Shown here in pieces: positions 52,182-63,480 of a stretch of 64,000 bases of DNA (position 1 is the first letter of the stretch; each line of letters opens with the position of its first letter). The stretch is taken from contig CAWIAD010000001.1 of NCBI GenBank assembly GCA_963833985.1, positions 704,001 to 768,000 of the forward strand, in the 5' to 3' direction. The DNA comes from an uncultured Planctomycetaceae bacterium. Lineage in GTDB: Bacteria > Planctomycetota > Planctomycetia > Isosphaerales > Isosphaeraceae. The notes under the pieces are model-generated. The model did not search any database and was not told the origin of the DNA. It was given only the letters and a program-made list of their open reading frames with translations. The translations under genes were made by a program, and so were the position numbers.

Positions 52182-53312
52182 GTGACGCCTTCCGATATCG
52201 ACTGGATGAATGTGGCGCTAGCCAAGGCGGAGCTCGGCCGCGGTCTGGTCGAGCCCAACCCGGTGGTGGGTGCCGTCGTGGTCCGGGGCGGCAAGGTGGT
52301 AGGATCCGGCCACCATGCTCACTTCGGGAGCCCACATGCCGAGGTGGTGGCGCTGCGGCAGGCCGGTGAAGCAGCCCGGGGCGCGTCGCTCTTTGTCACG
52401 CTGGAGCCATGCTGCCATCAGGGCAAGACGCCCCCGTGCAGCGAGGCCATCATCCAGGCCGGCATCACCCGGGTCGTCGCGGCCATCCGCGATCCGTTCA
52501 CCCGGGTTGACGGCGGAGGAACGGCCGCTCTCCGAGCCGCCGGTGTGGCCGTGGAAGTGGGGCTCCAGAGTGACCTGGCCGTCCGCACCAATGTGTCCTA
52601 CCTGAAGCGCATCTTTACCGGGCTGCCCTACGTCCTTGCCAAGTGGGCGATGACGCTGGACGGAAAGACCGCGGCCGGCTCCGGCAACAGCCAGTGGATC
52701 TCGTCGCCGGGTTCCCGGACCCTCGTCCACCAGCTCCGCGGACGGATGGACGCGATCGTGGTGGGCATCGGCACCGTGATCGCCGATGACCCCATGCTCA
52801 CGGCCCGACCGGCCGGCCCGCGCGTGGCAACGAGGATCGTGCTGGACAGCCAGGCGCGCTTGCCACTCTCCAGCCAGCTGGTGCGCACCGCCCGTGAATT
52901 TCCTGTCCTGGTGGCAGTGACCCGGCGGGCTCTCGCCGATCGCGTGATCGCCCTGGAAACTGCCGGCTGCGCCGTCATGGCTTTTCCGTCCGAGGAGCGC
53001 GTACCCATCCTGGGGCTCCTCGCCAGGCTGGGAGAGCAAGGAATGACCAACGTTCTCCTCGAGGGAGGCGGCACGGTTGTCGGCTCATTCTTCGACCATG
53101 GACAGGTGGACGAGGTCGAAGTGCACATGGCCCCGGTCGTGGAAGGCGGCGACCACCCGTTCACACCTGTGCGGGGGATTGGCGTCGCCCGCATGAGCGA
53201 CGCCGTGCGGCTGACCGAGCTGCGCTATAGCATCGTCGATGATGACATGCGAGTCCGCGGCATCGTTCTCAAACCGTGGCGCTCGCGGCTGGGTGCTCTG
53301 GGCAGAGAGTGA
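52182..53312 (+). CDS. ribD: Bifunctional riboflavin deaminase/reductase
   Basis: PNPVVG, HAE, TLEPCCH..TPPC, KWAMTLDGK, DDPMLTAR, LEGG. Confidence 0.97.
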   Translation: MTPSDIDWMNVALAKAELGRGLVEPNPVVGAVVVRGGKVVGSGHHAHFGSPHAEVVALRQAGEAARGASLFVTLEPCCHQGKTPPCSEAIIQAGITRVVAAIRDPFTRVDGGGTAALRAAGVAVEVGLQSDLAVRTNVSYLKRIFTGLPYVLAKWAMTLDGKTAAGSGNSQWISSPGSRTLVHQLRGRMDAIVVGIGTVIADDPMLTARPAGPRVATRIVLDSQARLPLSSQLVRTAREFPVLVAVTRRALADRVIALETAGCAVMAFPSEERVPILGLLARLGEQGMTNVLLEGGGTVVGSFFDHGQVDEVEVHMAPVVEGGDHPFTPVRGIGVARMSDAVRLTELRYSIVDDDMRVRGIVLKPWRSRLGALGRE

Positions 53313-55054
53313 AGCCCGCTCCTGACGATCCAGCCATTCCACGGCAACGCTGTGCACGCCAGGGGCAGGCTTGCTCACAACTTCCTGGTCCACGGGATCG
53401 GCCGGTCGTGGAGTGGCCGAGGCACTCTTCGGCGGCCATGGATCGGAGGCCTCCAGCCACGGCGGGCGCGGTTCCGGCTCGGCCATGTACCATTCGCCAA
53501 GGGCACGGCCGATGAAGGCCGCGTCCTGCCCGGTCTCTCCCGCGGGAATGCGCAGCAGGCTTGCCGCGTCGGCCGTGTGGCGCTGGGGAATGCCCGGAAC
53601 CAGCACCCGGCCAAAGACGCGGCGGATCGCCGCCTTGCCGATCCCGGCACCGCGAGCGATCTGCTCCACCCGGTCCAGCCGCACCAGCGCCCGGTGCAGA
53701 AGTTCCGCGTTCTCCGCCCGAAAAAACCTGGCCCGCTCAGCCCGCAAGGCCGGAGTGACGAACAGCGCGGTCTCCGACGGAGCGAGCGGCGGAGCGGATT
53801 CGATAGTGAGCCTTACCGCGCGGGCCCATTGCATTCCGCCGAGCACCAGGACCAGCAAGATCACCCCCAGCAGCCCGCGCACCCGGAGCGCCACAGCGGC
53901 CCCGGTTTGTGCGCCGAGCAAGGCCGACCACCAGCCAGCGCCGAACAATACGGCGCCAACCTGCGGGATGGCGTGATACCAGCCCACCGGACGCAGGCTG
54001 GCATAGGCGAGGTTGCCGCGGAAGAGGTAGGCCAGCAAGGCGCTTGCGACAACGGTCGCCAGGCCGGCCGCCTCCAGCGGCGTGATCGGTCCCAGGTGCC
54101 TCCGTGAGGCGTGCCAGAGCCCCCCGACGATTCCCAGGAGCGCCGCCGCCTGGAACGGCGTGGTTGCCGCGTCCAGGCCCAGGTTGTTGAGGATTGTCGC
54201 CTCGGCCACGGCCTGAACGGCGTTGATCGTTCCCTGGACGGGCCGCGGCCACAGTTCGCGATGCACCTCGTTGACCACCGGGTCCTCGCGCAGATACTGA
54301 ACAGTAAGAGCCAGGATGAACAGCGCCGAGGCGCCCGCCAGACCCATGATTCCCAGCGCCTGCGCCGACAGCGGGGTCGACCGTCCATCCATAATGCCGA
54401 TGCCGCGGCAGGACCCGCCACCAGCCCGCCCGACCAGACCAGCGGTGCCGCAAGCACGCTCAGGCCCGCCACACAGAGTCGCCAGGTGCCGCCCCTGGTC
54501 CGCCAGGCCCGTGCCGCCACCAGAGTGGCCACGATGGCCGCGCCGCACCCCAGCGCCTGGCTGGCGGCGTAGTGGTTCACCGAGGGCAGCATTACCGTGG
54601 TGATCCCCGTGCAGGCCATTGCGCCCAGCGCCAGGTCGGTGTGCCCCGTCTCACCGCGGACCAGCCAGGCCACCAGTAACATCGTCACGGCGAGATTGAG
54701 ATACGAAGCAGCTCGGAGCATGAGGGGCAGATCGACGAGCCTGGGAGTGAGCTGCACGATGAGGTACGTGTAAATGCGAAAGATCGGTATGACGTGGGTG
54801 TTCAGGGGTCTCCAGAGCTGCTCGCGCAGAACGCTGGCATCCACGGCGTCCTCGATGTAGAGAAAGTCGGTGGGGTTGAGTACAAAGTTCACGAGCCAGC
54901 CGGAGAAAAGCCAGGCCGGAGCGGCGAGGATCAGCCCCGCCAGCAGCACGCTCGCGAGCCGGGGGACCGGGCGCTCAAGCCATGCGAGGCCAGGACCAGT
55001 TCTCACGGAATGACAGGCCCCATCCGCACCCCCGCGTGGCAACCCAGGCCGCAT
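53085..55054 (-). CDS. Polytopic membrane protein, possibly GT-C fold (frameshift ~54380; ends uncertain)
   Basis: Many TM segments across two ORFs; TDFLY...WRPLNTHVIP loop; 3' overlap with ribD suggests an earlier true stop. Confidence 0.55.
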
Positions 55055-55278
55055 CTTGAAAGCCGGAGCATCCGCACACCGTAGCCCGGACGAATCGTGG
55101 AGACTTGCTCGAGCCGACGGGACAGTCTGGTCGCGCCCGCGCAGCCGCGCAGACCACGCTCAGAAAAACGCTTCTCCCATGAGACGCAGGCGCTGGCACC
55201 GGTGCAGCACAGGAAAAGTGGGGCATTGCCGCCTCAACCAGGCACGCGTCTCGCGTTCGCGGCCTGGCTGCACATGAG

Positions 55279-55349
55279 CTACCCGGCCAGGATTCGAACC
55301 TGGAAAAACAGGACCAAAACCTGTTGTGATACCGTTTCACCACCGGGTA
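55279..55349 (-). tRNA. tRNA-Gln(TTG), CCA not encoded
   Basis: TACCCGG/CCGGGTA acceptor stem, ACAGG-TTTTGGT-CCTGT anticodon arm, GGTTCGAATCC T arm; TAGAAT -10 at 55366-55361. Confidence 0.96.
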
Positions 55350-55391
55350 ATAGCCCCATCATTCTAGCGGGCAGGCCGCCGAGCGGGAAGA

Positions 55392-56066
55392 CTACCCGGC
55401 CGCGGAGACGCCCGGGCGTGACTTCTGCACCTTGTAGGCCAGGTTCTCAAGCTGGACGCTCAGGTCCACGGCCGCAACGCTCACGCCGGCGGGAACCGAG
55501 AGCGGCACCGGCGCGAAGTTGAGGATCCCCGTGATGCCGCTGGCGACCATCTGGTCGGCGACCCACTGTGCCGCGTCCGCCGGCACGCAGAGCAGCCCGA
55601 GGCTCACCTTGTGCGCCACGACCGCCTTCCGCAGGCCGTCGATCGGTTCCACCTTGAGACCCTCATGCGACTGGCCGATCTTCCGCACGTCGCTGTCGAA
55701 CACGGCCACGATGTGAAAACGCCGCGAGCGAAATCCACGGTACTTGAGCAGGGCTCGTCCCAGGTTCCCCAGGCCGACCAGCACGATCGGCCAGTCGCGA
55801 TCGATCCCCAGAACCTGCCGCAAGGCGCTGATCAGGTCGTCGATCCGGTAGCCCACGCCGGGATGGCCGAATTGCCCGAAGAACGCCAGGTCCTTGCGCA
55901 CCTGTGCGTTCTTGATCGATAGCGGCTCGCCAAGCTGGCTGCTCGAGATGGTTTCCTGACCCTGCCGCTGGAACGACTCGAGCTGGCGAAGATACAGGCT
56001 CACTCGCCCCACCACCGCCTTGGGCGCCAGCTTCCCTCCCTCGAGCGTAGCGTGCGACTCCTTCAC
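55392..56066 (-). CDS. rex: Redox-sensing transcriptional repressor Rex
   Basis: RVSLYLR, ISSSQL, QVRKDLAFFGQFG..GVGY, VGLGNLGRAL, GILNFAP. Confidence 0.96.
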   Translation of the reverse strand: MKESHATLEGGKLAPKAVVGRVSLYLRQLESFQRQGQETISSSQLGEPLSIKNAQVRKDLAFFGQFGHPGVGYRIDDLISALRQVLGIDRDWPIVLVGLGNLGRALLKYRGFRSRRFHIVAVFDSDVRKIGQSHEGLKVEPIDGLRKAVVAHKVSLGLLCVPADAAQWVADQMVASGITGILNFAPVPLSVPAGVSVAAVDLSVQLENLAYKVQKSRPGVSAAG

Positions 56067-56125
56067 GAGGGATGCCTCCTGATGTGAGATCGACTCAGGG
56101 CAAAATCCATGCTATCACTTGAATG

Positions 56126-56155
56126 AATCTAATTCCGGATGGCCAGCGGGGTCAA
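56126..56155 (-). promoter_or_regulatory. Possible sigma70 promoter for rex
   Basis: TTGACC-18 bp-TAGATT on minus strand. Confidence 0.4.
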
Positions 56156-56230
56156 GGGAAAGCCCTCGTCGCAACGAAGGGCCGGAGACGCGGCCACGGA
56201 CGCCGGACCGGCCGGCGCCGCCGGGCTAGA

Positions 56231-57659
56231 TCAGGTCGTCCCCTTTGATGCCGCGGCGCGGTCCACGCGTTGAAACACGAAGCATCCGAGCAGAAACGTC
56301 GGCAAGCCGATCCACTCCTGCATTCCCAGCGCGTCGATCGACACCGTGGCCAGGAGCAGATCGAACACCGAGAGCCAGCCGAAGTAGCATCCCAACGAGA
56401 TCCAGACGCGCTGCGCGTCCTGCCGGCAGCAACCGTCGACGAGCATGCCGTACGATGCCAGCACGAACAGGACCGTGTAGTACTGCGAGAAACCGACCTG
56501 GTAGAACATCACGGTCACGAGTGCCGCCAGGATAGCGGCCGCGGCCGGCCGCAACTGTTCCCGCATCACCCGCAGCCATGTCCAGGCCAGGGCGCCCAGC
56601 ATGGCCAGTGGGGCGAGGCCGTCCAGGTCTTCCCGTAAGCCAATCCAGCCCAGCGGCGAGTAGACCCCTTTCAGGAACCGCCAGATTGATAGGTGGTGCG
56701 ACCCTCGCTGCGCCGCGAACAACAGGGGCCGGAACGTTGATGTTCCCCAGAGCGCCAGGCTGATGCCGAATCCCAGTGCGACGGTTGCGATCGCCGCCAT
56801 CAGCAGCCGCCACGGCGGCCTCCGGCCGTCCATCATCAGGAAGGGGAGCAGCACGACGGGCATGAGCTTGAGCAGCACGCCCATGCCCAGGCAGGCCCCG
56901 CAGAGCACATCGCGGTGGCGAACCCGCGCATGTACCGCGGCCGCGCAAAGCAGCCCCATGAGCACGTCGAAATGCCCGAAGACGGCGATCTCCACCCAGC
57001 AGTACGGCATCCAGAACCAGGCCAGCAGGGCCAGCATCGACCGCGAGGCCAGCGCTTGGCGGTCGCTCTGCGCCTGGATGAGCCCGATGGCAAAGAGCAA
57101 GTAGGCTGTCGCGAAGAGCAGCTTGGGCAGCAGGGGATTGATCAGCGCCGGTAGAGCGAAGAGGTTGAACAGCGGCCCGTACGCGTTCATCGGGTACTTG
57201 CCGAAAGCTCCGTAGGCGTAGAACCAGGGGTCGTGGCCGAGCCAGACCTCGCGCCACATTTGCTGGAAGAAATAATAGTCCTGGATCCCGCCCGTCTCGA
57301 GGGCCAGCGCCAGGAATGCCAGGGCCAGCAGCCCGAGCACGCGGTCCAGCCAGAGCGTATGCTGCTGGCGATCCGCAGCAACGCGCGCTCTGCCGATGAA
57401 CAGCACGATTCCCAGGTGCAGCATTCCGGCAAGGAGTACGGCGTTTGCAAAGGTGTTCCACCGCTGGAGGACCATGTCCAGGGTCAGGGTGCCGTACGTC
57501 CCCTGAATCCAGTGGTTCAAAAGAACCGCGCTCCGGCCCTGATGCGCGCTGCGCGATGACCACCCGCGCCGGGCCCCGCGCCAGGGCGACCCAGGCCAGC
57601 GCGAGCAGGCCATACAGCCCACCCAGTCGCAGGACCTTGCGATGATCGGAAAGCACCAT
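56231..57659 (-). CDS. GT87-like (GT-C) membrane glycosyltransferase (frameshift ~57550)
   Basis: QDY..., NAYGPLF, GHFDVL, GVLLKLMPVV motifs; many TMs. Confidence 0.7.
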
Positions 57660-57785
57660 GGCGGGCGCTCACGCGAGGAAGACGATTCACCAGGCCAGGC
57701 CCAGGCATGGAAGCCGGTCTACCAGAGCGTTGGCCATGCAGCTCGAACCACCAGGGGCATCCACACGCAGCAGGCAGCTTGCGGC

Positions 57786-58616
57786 TCAAGCATCGAGATA
57801 CGCCTCACGCTCGATCCCCTTGATGTAGTCAAGCACGGCGTCCAGGGTCTCGACGACCGTGCCGGGCACGCGTCCGCCGTCGTCCAGTTCGCGCAGTAGC
57901 TTGAGGTCGTCAAAGAACTCCGAGGCATCGAGTTCGCGGCGGGTTCGTGAGGAAAGCCCGCGCTCGCGCACCACCATCAGGTCCATGTGGTGCCCGATCA
58001 GCCAGAGGGTCCGCTCGGTGACCGCTCCACGGAGCGCCTCGACGCCGGCCTGGGCGTGATCGTAGGCGTCGATGGCCTTCCCCACATCGTGCAGCAGCGC
58101 CGCAAGCAGGAACTCCTCATCGTACGGACGCACCTCGCGCGCCAGGTGGAAGACCTGGAGACTGTGGTAGAGGGCGTCGCCCTCGGGGTGGAATCGCGGG
58201 TTCTGCTTGACGGCCTCCAGGGGAGCCAGCCTCATCCGGTACAGTGCAAAGCGGTCCAGGCGCTCGGCCAGCGGGACCACCTCCTCGCTTTCCGCGGGCT
58301 CGGGCATCGGCTCTTCTGCCGGATCACCCTGTGCCCGCCGGCTCCTCCAGAGCGTCACGAGCTGGTCGCGGACCTCGCTGTCCGACGGCAAGTCGCCCGG
58401 CCGGACACGGTGCCCGAGCACGGCCGCGGCCTTGCGCTTGGCGACGTAGAAATCGTTCTCCCGCGCCGCGTCGAGCCATTCCAGCGGACCACTCTCGAGG
58501 TCCACGTCTCCGGCCGCCTCCAGCAGCCTGCGAGCCGCCTCCAGCGCGATCTGCTGCCGGAGCCGCTCCGTGGCGGCCGGCAGGCGGTTCTTCTTGCGGT
58601 ACTTGTCGTGCATCAC
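57786..58616 (-). CDS. HD domain protein
   Basis: QNPRFHPEGDALYHSLQVF, AALLHDVGK, IGHHM; N-terminal IALEAAR..AKRKAA..LPSDSEV. Confidence 0.88.
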   Translation of the reverse strand: MMHDKYRKKNRLPAATERLRQQIALEAARRLLEAAGDVDLESGPLEWLDAARENDFYVAKRKAAAVLGHRVRPGDLPSDSEVRDQLVTLWRSRRAQGDPAEEPMPEPAESEEVVPLAERLDRFALYRMRLAPLEAVKQNPRFHPEGDALYHSLQVFHLAREVRPYDEEFLLAALLHDVGKAIDAYDHAQAGVEALRGAVTERTLWLIGHHMDLMVVRERGLSSRTRRELDASEFFDDLKLLRELDDGGRVPGTVVETLDAVLDYIKGIEREAYLDA

Positions 58617-58716
58617 GCTGATCCGTCCTTACCAGGCATTCTACGAACCTGCGCGGCGACTGGAAATGAGGCAGCCGCGAAGGTATGAACCGCAGGGCGA
58701 GGTGCTCCTGCCGCGT

Positions 58717-59340
58717 TCACCCGGCCGCCACGCACGGTGCCGGGTCGCAGACGACGCTGGTGAGCGAGAGCAGGACACCCAGGCGCGCAAACCGGGTCAG
58801 TATCCGTGGCTCGGCCTGCGCATCGATGGCACGAATGGCGTCAACGACCAGGGCGACCCGGCAGTTCCGCTCCAGCAGACCCTCCACGGCCGCGCTCACG
58901 CAATAGTCGGTCGCCACGCCATAGACGACGAAGACCGGCCGATTGGCCATGTACAGCGCCGCGACCTCAGAGGCGCGGGGATGCGAGAAGCAATCGAACT
59001 CGTGTTTCCAGATCGTGAGGTGGCGTGGAATGGCTGCGGGGACCGCGGCGTGGTCGTCGAGGACCAGGCTGTCGGGCCAGCGTGTCGCCGCGATTCGCTC
59101 CTGGCCCGGCGTTCCAACCATGCAGTGCGGAGGGAATTGCCGGAACTCGGGGTCGTCGGGCGTGTGGGCACAGGCGGTGGCCAGGATGGGGATTCTCTGC
59201 TCGCGCGCGAATGCCGTGAGCCGCTCGAGACGGGGAACGATCTCGGCCGAGCCGGCCATGAACAGGGCTCCGCCCGGGTCGAGGAAATCGACCTGGGTGT
59301 CGACGTCGACGAACACCAGTGGACCACCGAGCATGTCCAT
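58717..59340 (-). CDS. Isochorismatase family cysteine hydrolase (nicotinamidase-like)
   Basis: DVDTQVDF..GAL, H, FPPHC, K, GVATDYCV. Confidence 0.9.
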   Translation of the reverse strand: MDMLGGPLVFVDVDTQVDFLDPGGALFMAGSAEIVPRLERLTAFAREQRIPILATACAHTPDDPEFRQFPPHCMVGTPGQERIAATRWPDSLVLDDHAAVPAAIPRHLTIWKHEFDCFSHPRASEVAALYMANRPVFVVYGVATDYCVSAAVEGLLERNCRVALVVDAIRAIDAQAEPRILTRFARLGVLLSLTSVVCDPAPCVAAG

Positions 59341-60907
59341 GCCTCCCGTTACCTGAGCACATTGAAGATCGATCGATTGCCTGGAGCCGCTATTCTGCCC
59401 GCTCGCTGCTCTTGCGGAAAAGGGGAGGTGGCGGTTGCGGCGGGCAAGTCGATGCCCGAAAATCAACATTGGGCAGCTCCACGGTCACCGGAAGCTTCCC
59501 CACGAGCGGCGCAGGAGCCGAAGCATGATGAGTCGTCGATCAAGCTGGGTGCTTACCGCGCTTTGTCTGGCCGCGTGTTGTGCTTTCGTCACGGTCGCGG
59601 GAGCGGCTGACAAGCCCGTACCGCCCCGCGTCGAGCTGGCCCCCCGCGTGTTGCCGGGTGAGGCCAACCGCTGGGGCCTGACATTCAGTCTCGACGGCAA
59701 GCCGGTGGCAATACAGGCGCACCCCGTGCAGCTCGAATTCTGGAGTGCCGCCGGCGCGCTCCCGCCACGGTCGTCATCCTACGAGTCTCTGGAGCCACAA
59801 CCGTCCGGTTTCGTTGCCCGTGCCACGGTGCCCGGGCCGGGACGCGCGCGTTTCGAGTTTGTCGACCGCTGGGAGAAGCTTGGCGAGATACTTCTGCTGA
59901 AGCGGACCGTGACGGTTCACGGCAGCGCCGGATCGGCGTTCCTGTCCGCGATCACCCTGGAGCTGGCGCGCCCGGCGTCCTGGCCCGAGCTCGACTGGTT
60001 CGCACCGGGGATGATCTACGGGAGCTTCGACCACCTCAACCCCCACGCGATTGGCGGCCGCGCCCATTATCGGGCCGGCGACTTCACGGTCCGCATCCGC
60101 GAGGACAGGCTGCCGGCACCACTCCTGCAATGCCACACCAGGGACGGCCTCTCGCTGGCCGTGCTCGACTGCCAGCCGCGAGGCGGCACGACCCCGGCCG
60201 ATGCGCGCGACGTGGACGCGCTGACCCTGGTGGACCCGGCGTTCCGATTCGGAGCGATCGGGGCCCAGGAACGAGGTCGGACGATCGAGCTGGGCTACTG
60301 GTTTCCGGGCTCCGAGGGCGAGGTCACCTATGCCGGCAACACTTATCCCGGCGGACAGATGCACCGCTGGCGAAGGCGCTATCATCCGATCCACGACGGA
60401 CTGGTCCAGCAATACGAGATCGCCTTCCGGATCGGTGCGGAGCCCGGCTTCCCCGCGGCCATGAAGGCCGCGTGGAGATGGTCCTGGCGCGCGCTGCGGC
60501 CGGCCGTCGTGGAACACGATCTCGCCGCAGCCCGCCGCAGCCTGGCGAACGCGCTCTCCTCGGTGGTGGTCTCTGTCCATGGCCGGACGGGAATTCCCAA
60601 CTTCATCGAGGCGACGACCCAGGATGTCGAACGTGCCGACCGGCGGGCGGTGCTGGGATTCACCGGCAAGAACCTGGAAGCCGCGCAGGTGCTGCTCCGG
60701 GAAGCCAAGCTCGACGGCGGCCCGCGCGGGCAGATGCTCCGCAGCCAGGCCGAGTCGATCATCGACACGTTCCTGAAGTTGCAAGTCTCGCCACCCGGGG
60801 GCGAAGGATTTGATCTCGACACCGGCCAGGCCGTCTCCGCGCTGGGCGGCGACGAGGTCTACCTGCGCTCGTTCGGGGACGATGTGAAATCGCTGCTGGC
60901 TGCCTAT

Positions 60908-62418
60908 TTCTACTGTATCTCTACGTTCGTAGTTGGTTCTTCAAAGGGGGTAAGAGTTTGCGTGAGTAATGCTGGAAGAATCGGGCGAGCTCGTTGCGTT
61001 CCAACCAACGTGTGGTGCACCGGGAGAGCTTCTCGGGGCTGTTGACGTTGAGACGTTCCTCGATGATCCCTGCGATCAGTTGCCGCAACCGCGGTGACGT
61101 CAATGCCGGTGTCTGTATTTTTTCCCCGCCGCGTCTCCTGATTCAGGAACCACGCGGCCACGAGCGACAAGGTTTGATGGTGATGCCAGGCGATCCAGTT
61201 CCGCACCTGGTAATCGGCCAGGCCCGCCTCCCCTTTGCCCCGCTCCAGGCACTCCTCGAATCCGATGCGCCAGTTTGGCCACCCGGCCAAATTCGATCAA
61301 CGGAGTTTCGGCTTTACTATTTGATAAATAATAATCATGTTTAACAGTTCCATCGGCCTGTTGCTCACGCGTGATGAAGAGGACCTCCTCGAAACCTGCA
61401 CGATTGCCCGGTCCTCGAGATTGGACGCGCCGCTTGATCGCGTCGACCACCAAAGGTCCCTTCTCGCCATCACGGACGTCGAGCCTCGTCCACGCCGATT
61501 CCGGCAGGGCCGCACGCCAATGATCCACACGCATGAAAGGAGCCTTGGGGGGTTGACCCCGCCCCCCATATTCCGGTGGCGGTGCCTCCAGATCGCGGAT
61601 CGTCGTGTTCGACGGAACCGCCAACAGATACTGCTCCCCCCGCTCCCTCAACGCCTGGCGAAAACTCGCGGGACGGCCCATTTCATCGTCCCCCGCCACC
61701 CACGCGTGTGGCAGCAACCCACCTTGCTCATCCAGCATCGCCAGGGCCAATTGATGGCGCGTCTGGAACTTGATGGACTTGGGGACGCCAGCCTTGTTCC
61801 GGCGGTCGCGATCCTTGGCCCATTCCTTGGGCAAGTAAAGCCTTACATTGGTAATCGTATGCTCTTTTCTAGACGCATAAGCCATGTAGACGCCAACCTG
61901 ACAGTTCTCAACCTTCCCCAGCCGGCCGCACCACTGCCGCGCGACGCCCACCGACATAGTCCCTTTCTTGGGGAAGCCCGAAGGGTCGAAGATAATCACC
62001 CCATCCTTCTCGCCCAGTTGCTCGCCGACCTGCTGCGCCAGGATCGTGAGCAGGGGTTGATGATCCCATGGCACGTGCCCGATGAACTTTTGGATTCCTT
62101 GTCGTTCTTGATCGTGGAGATAAGCGATTCCCTCGCCGGTCTTGTGCTCAAGCTTCGACAGCAGACCGGTAACGTACTCGGTTGCATGTCGATGTTGTTC
62201 AGGTTCGCTCAGGGTCGCAGCGAACGGCTCGATGAAGACGTCCAACCGTTCCAGCAGACCATCGATCAAGTCAGGCGACACCTGCGATTGTGCCAGCATG
62301 TCAGCCAACCGTGCTTCGTATCGTCGATCCATGACGCCCTCGCTTCCTTGTAACATCCTTGACGGAAGCGAATATCAGAAAAAACCTTACAGTTCGTCAA
62401 CCCCAGGATACAGTAGAA
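60908..62418 (-). mobile_element. IS701-family insertion sequence, 1511 bp
   Basis: 12-bp terminal IRs TTCTACTGTATC / GATACAGTAGAA; CTAT duplication at 60904-60907 and 62419-62422. Confidence 0.95.
60910..62332 (-). CDS. IS701 family DDE transposase (extra base ~61260)
   Basis: DPSGFPKKG..SVGVARQWCGRLGKVENCQVGV, RLYLPKEW, GDDEMG, IEECLERGKGEAGLADYQVR..WHHH. Confidence 0.93.
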
Positions 62419-63480
62419 CTATGAGCGCGAGTGCCGGGCCGGACGCGACCACCCCGAGTGGCTGGCCTGGTGCCGCAGGTTCACGGACTGGCTGCTTACC
62501 CAGCAGCAGGCTGGTGGCGGCTTCCCCCGCTCGTGGCGGCGCACCACCGGCCAGGTGGCCAGCGCCTCGGCGAGTTCCAGCTCCAATGCCGTTCCACTGC
62601 TGGTCCTGATGCACCGGCTGACATCCGAGCCGAAGTACCTGCTTGCCGCCGAACGCGCGGCCGAGGTGAGCTGGAGCAGCGGACAGGACCGGGGGCAGTT
62701 CACTGGCGGGACCATCGACAACCCGGATGTCATCGACAAGGAGGCCGCCGTTCTGGCGCTCGAGGCGTACCTGGCACTGTACGAGGCCACGGGACAGGCA
62801 TGCTGGCTCGATCGTGCTCAAACGGCCGGCGCTGTGGCCGAGACCTGGATTTACCTGTGGAACGTCCCCATGGCCGACGGGCAGCTTGGCGCCGAGTTAC
62901 ACTGGAAGCCGGGCGTACCCACCACCGGCCTGCAACTCATCGCCACCGGCCATTCGCTCGTCGACGAGTACATGGCGGGCTCTGCCGACGAGTACGTCCG
63001 GCTGGCCCGTCACAGCGGAGACCGGCACGATCTCCATGTCGCCCTGATTCTGGCGCACAACACCAAGAGCATGCTGGCGGTTCCGGGCCAGACCTATGAT
63101 CTGGGCACGCCCGGATGGCAGCAGGAGCACTGGAGCCTGGCCCCGCGCCGGGGCGTCGGCTTGCACCGCGGCTGGCTTCCCTGGGTTGCAACCAGCCAGT
63201 TGAACGGCCTTTTCGGGCTCATGGAGCTGGAACGCTCAACGGGCCGGGACGCTCTCGACCTGCCTCCCGGTCCGTGAGGGGCGCAGTCCGAGATCCCGGC
63301 CCATCCCCTGTCGCCGCGCGACGCCGCGAGACAATAATCTCGAGCGGCAATAGAACCTGTAAGTACAGGGCAAGGAGCCGCCCGCTCCTGGTGTTGCACC
63401 TGCCGACGTGTATCGGCGGGTGCCCCTGCGCAGCGCGATTCACGACCAATGGAGCATTGCCTATGATGAACCAACGAGGA

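Larger units (their letters stand above)
59525..63277 (+). pseudogene. Secreted hypothetical protein (alpha/alpha-toroid, glycosidase-like C-terminus) interrupted by IS701
   Basis: Removing 60908-62422 joins ...LLAAY to ERECRAG... in frame, giving a 745-aa ORF. Confidence 0.85.

Noticed and set aside
55392..55401. CTACCCGGCC matching the tRNA-Gln 3' end, as a possible att site
   Set aside because: Only 10 bp, on the wrong (upstream) side, coincides with the rex stop, and there is no integrase.
56067..56160. Rex autoregulatory operator
   Set aside because: No convincing TTGTGAA-N4-TTCACAA match upstream of rex.
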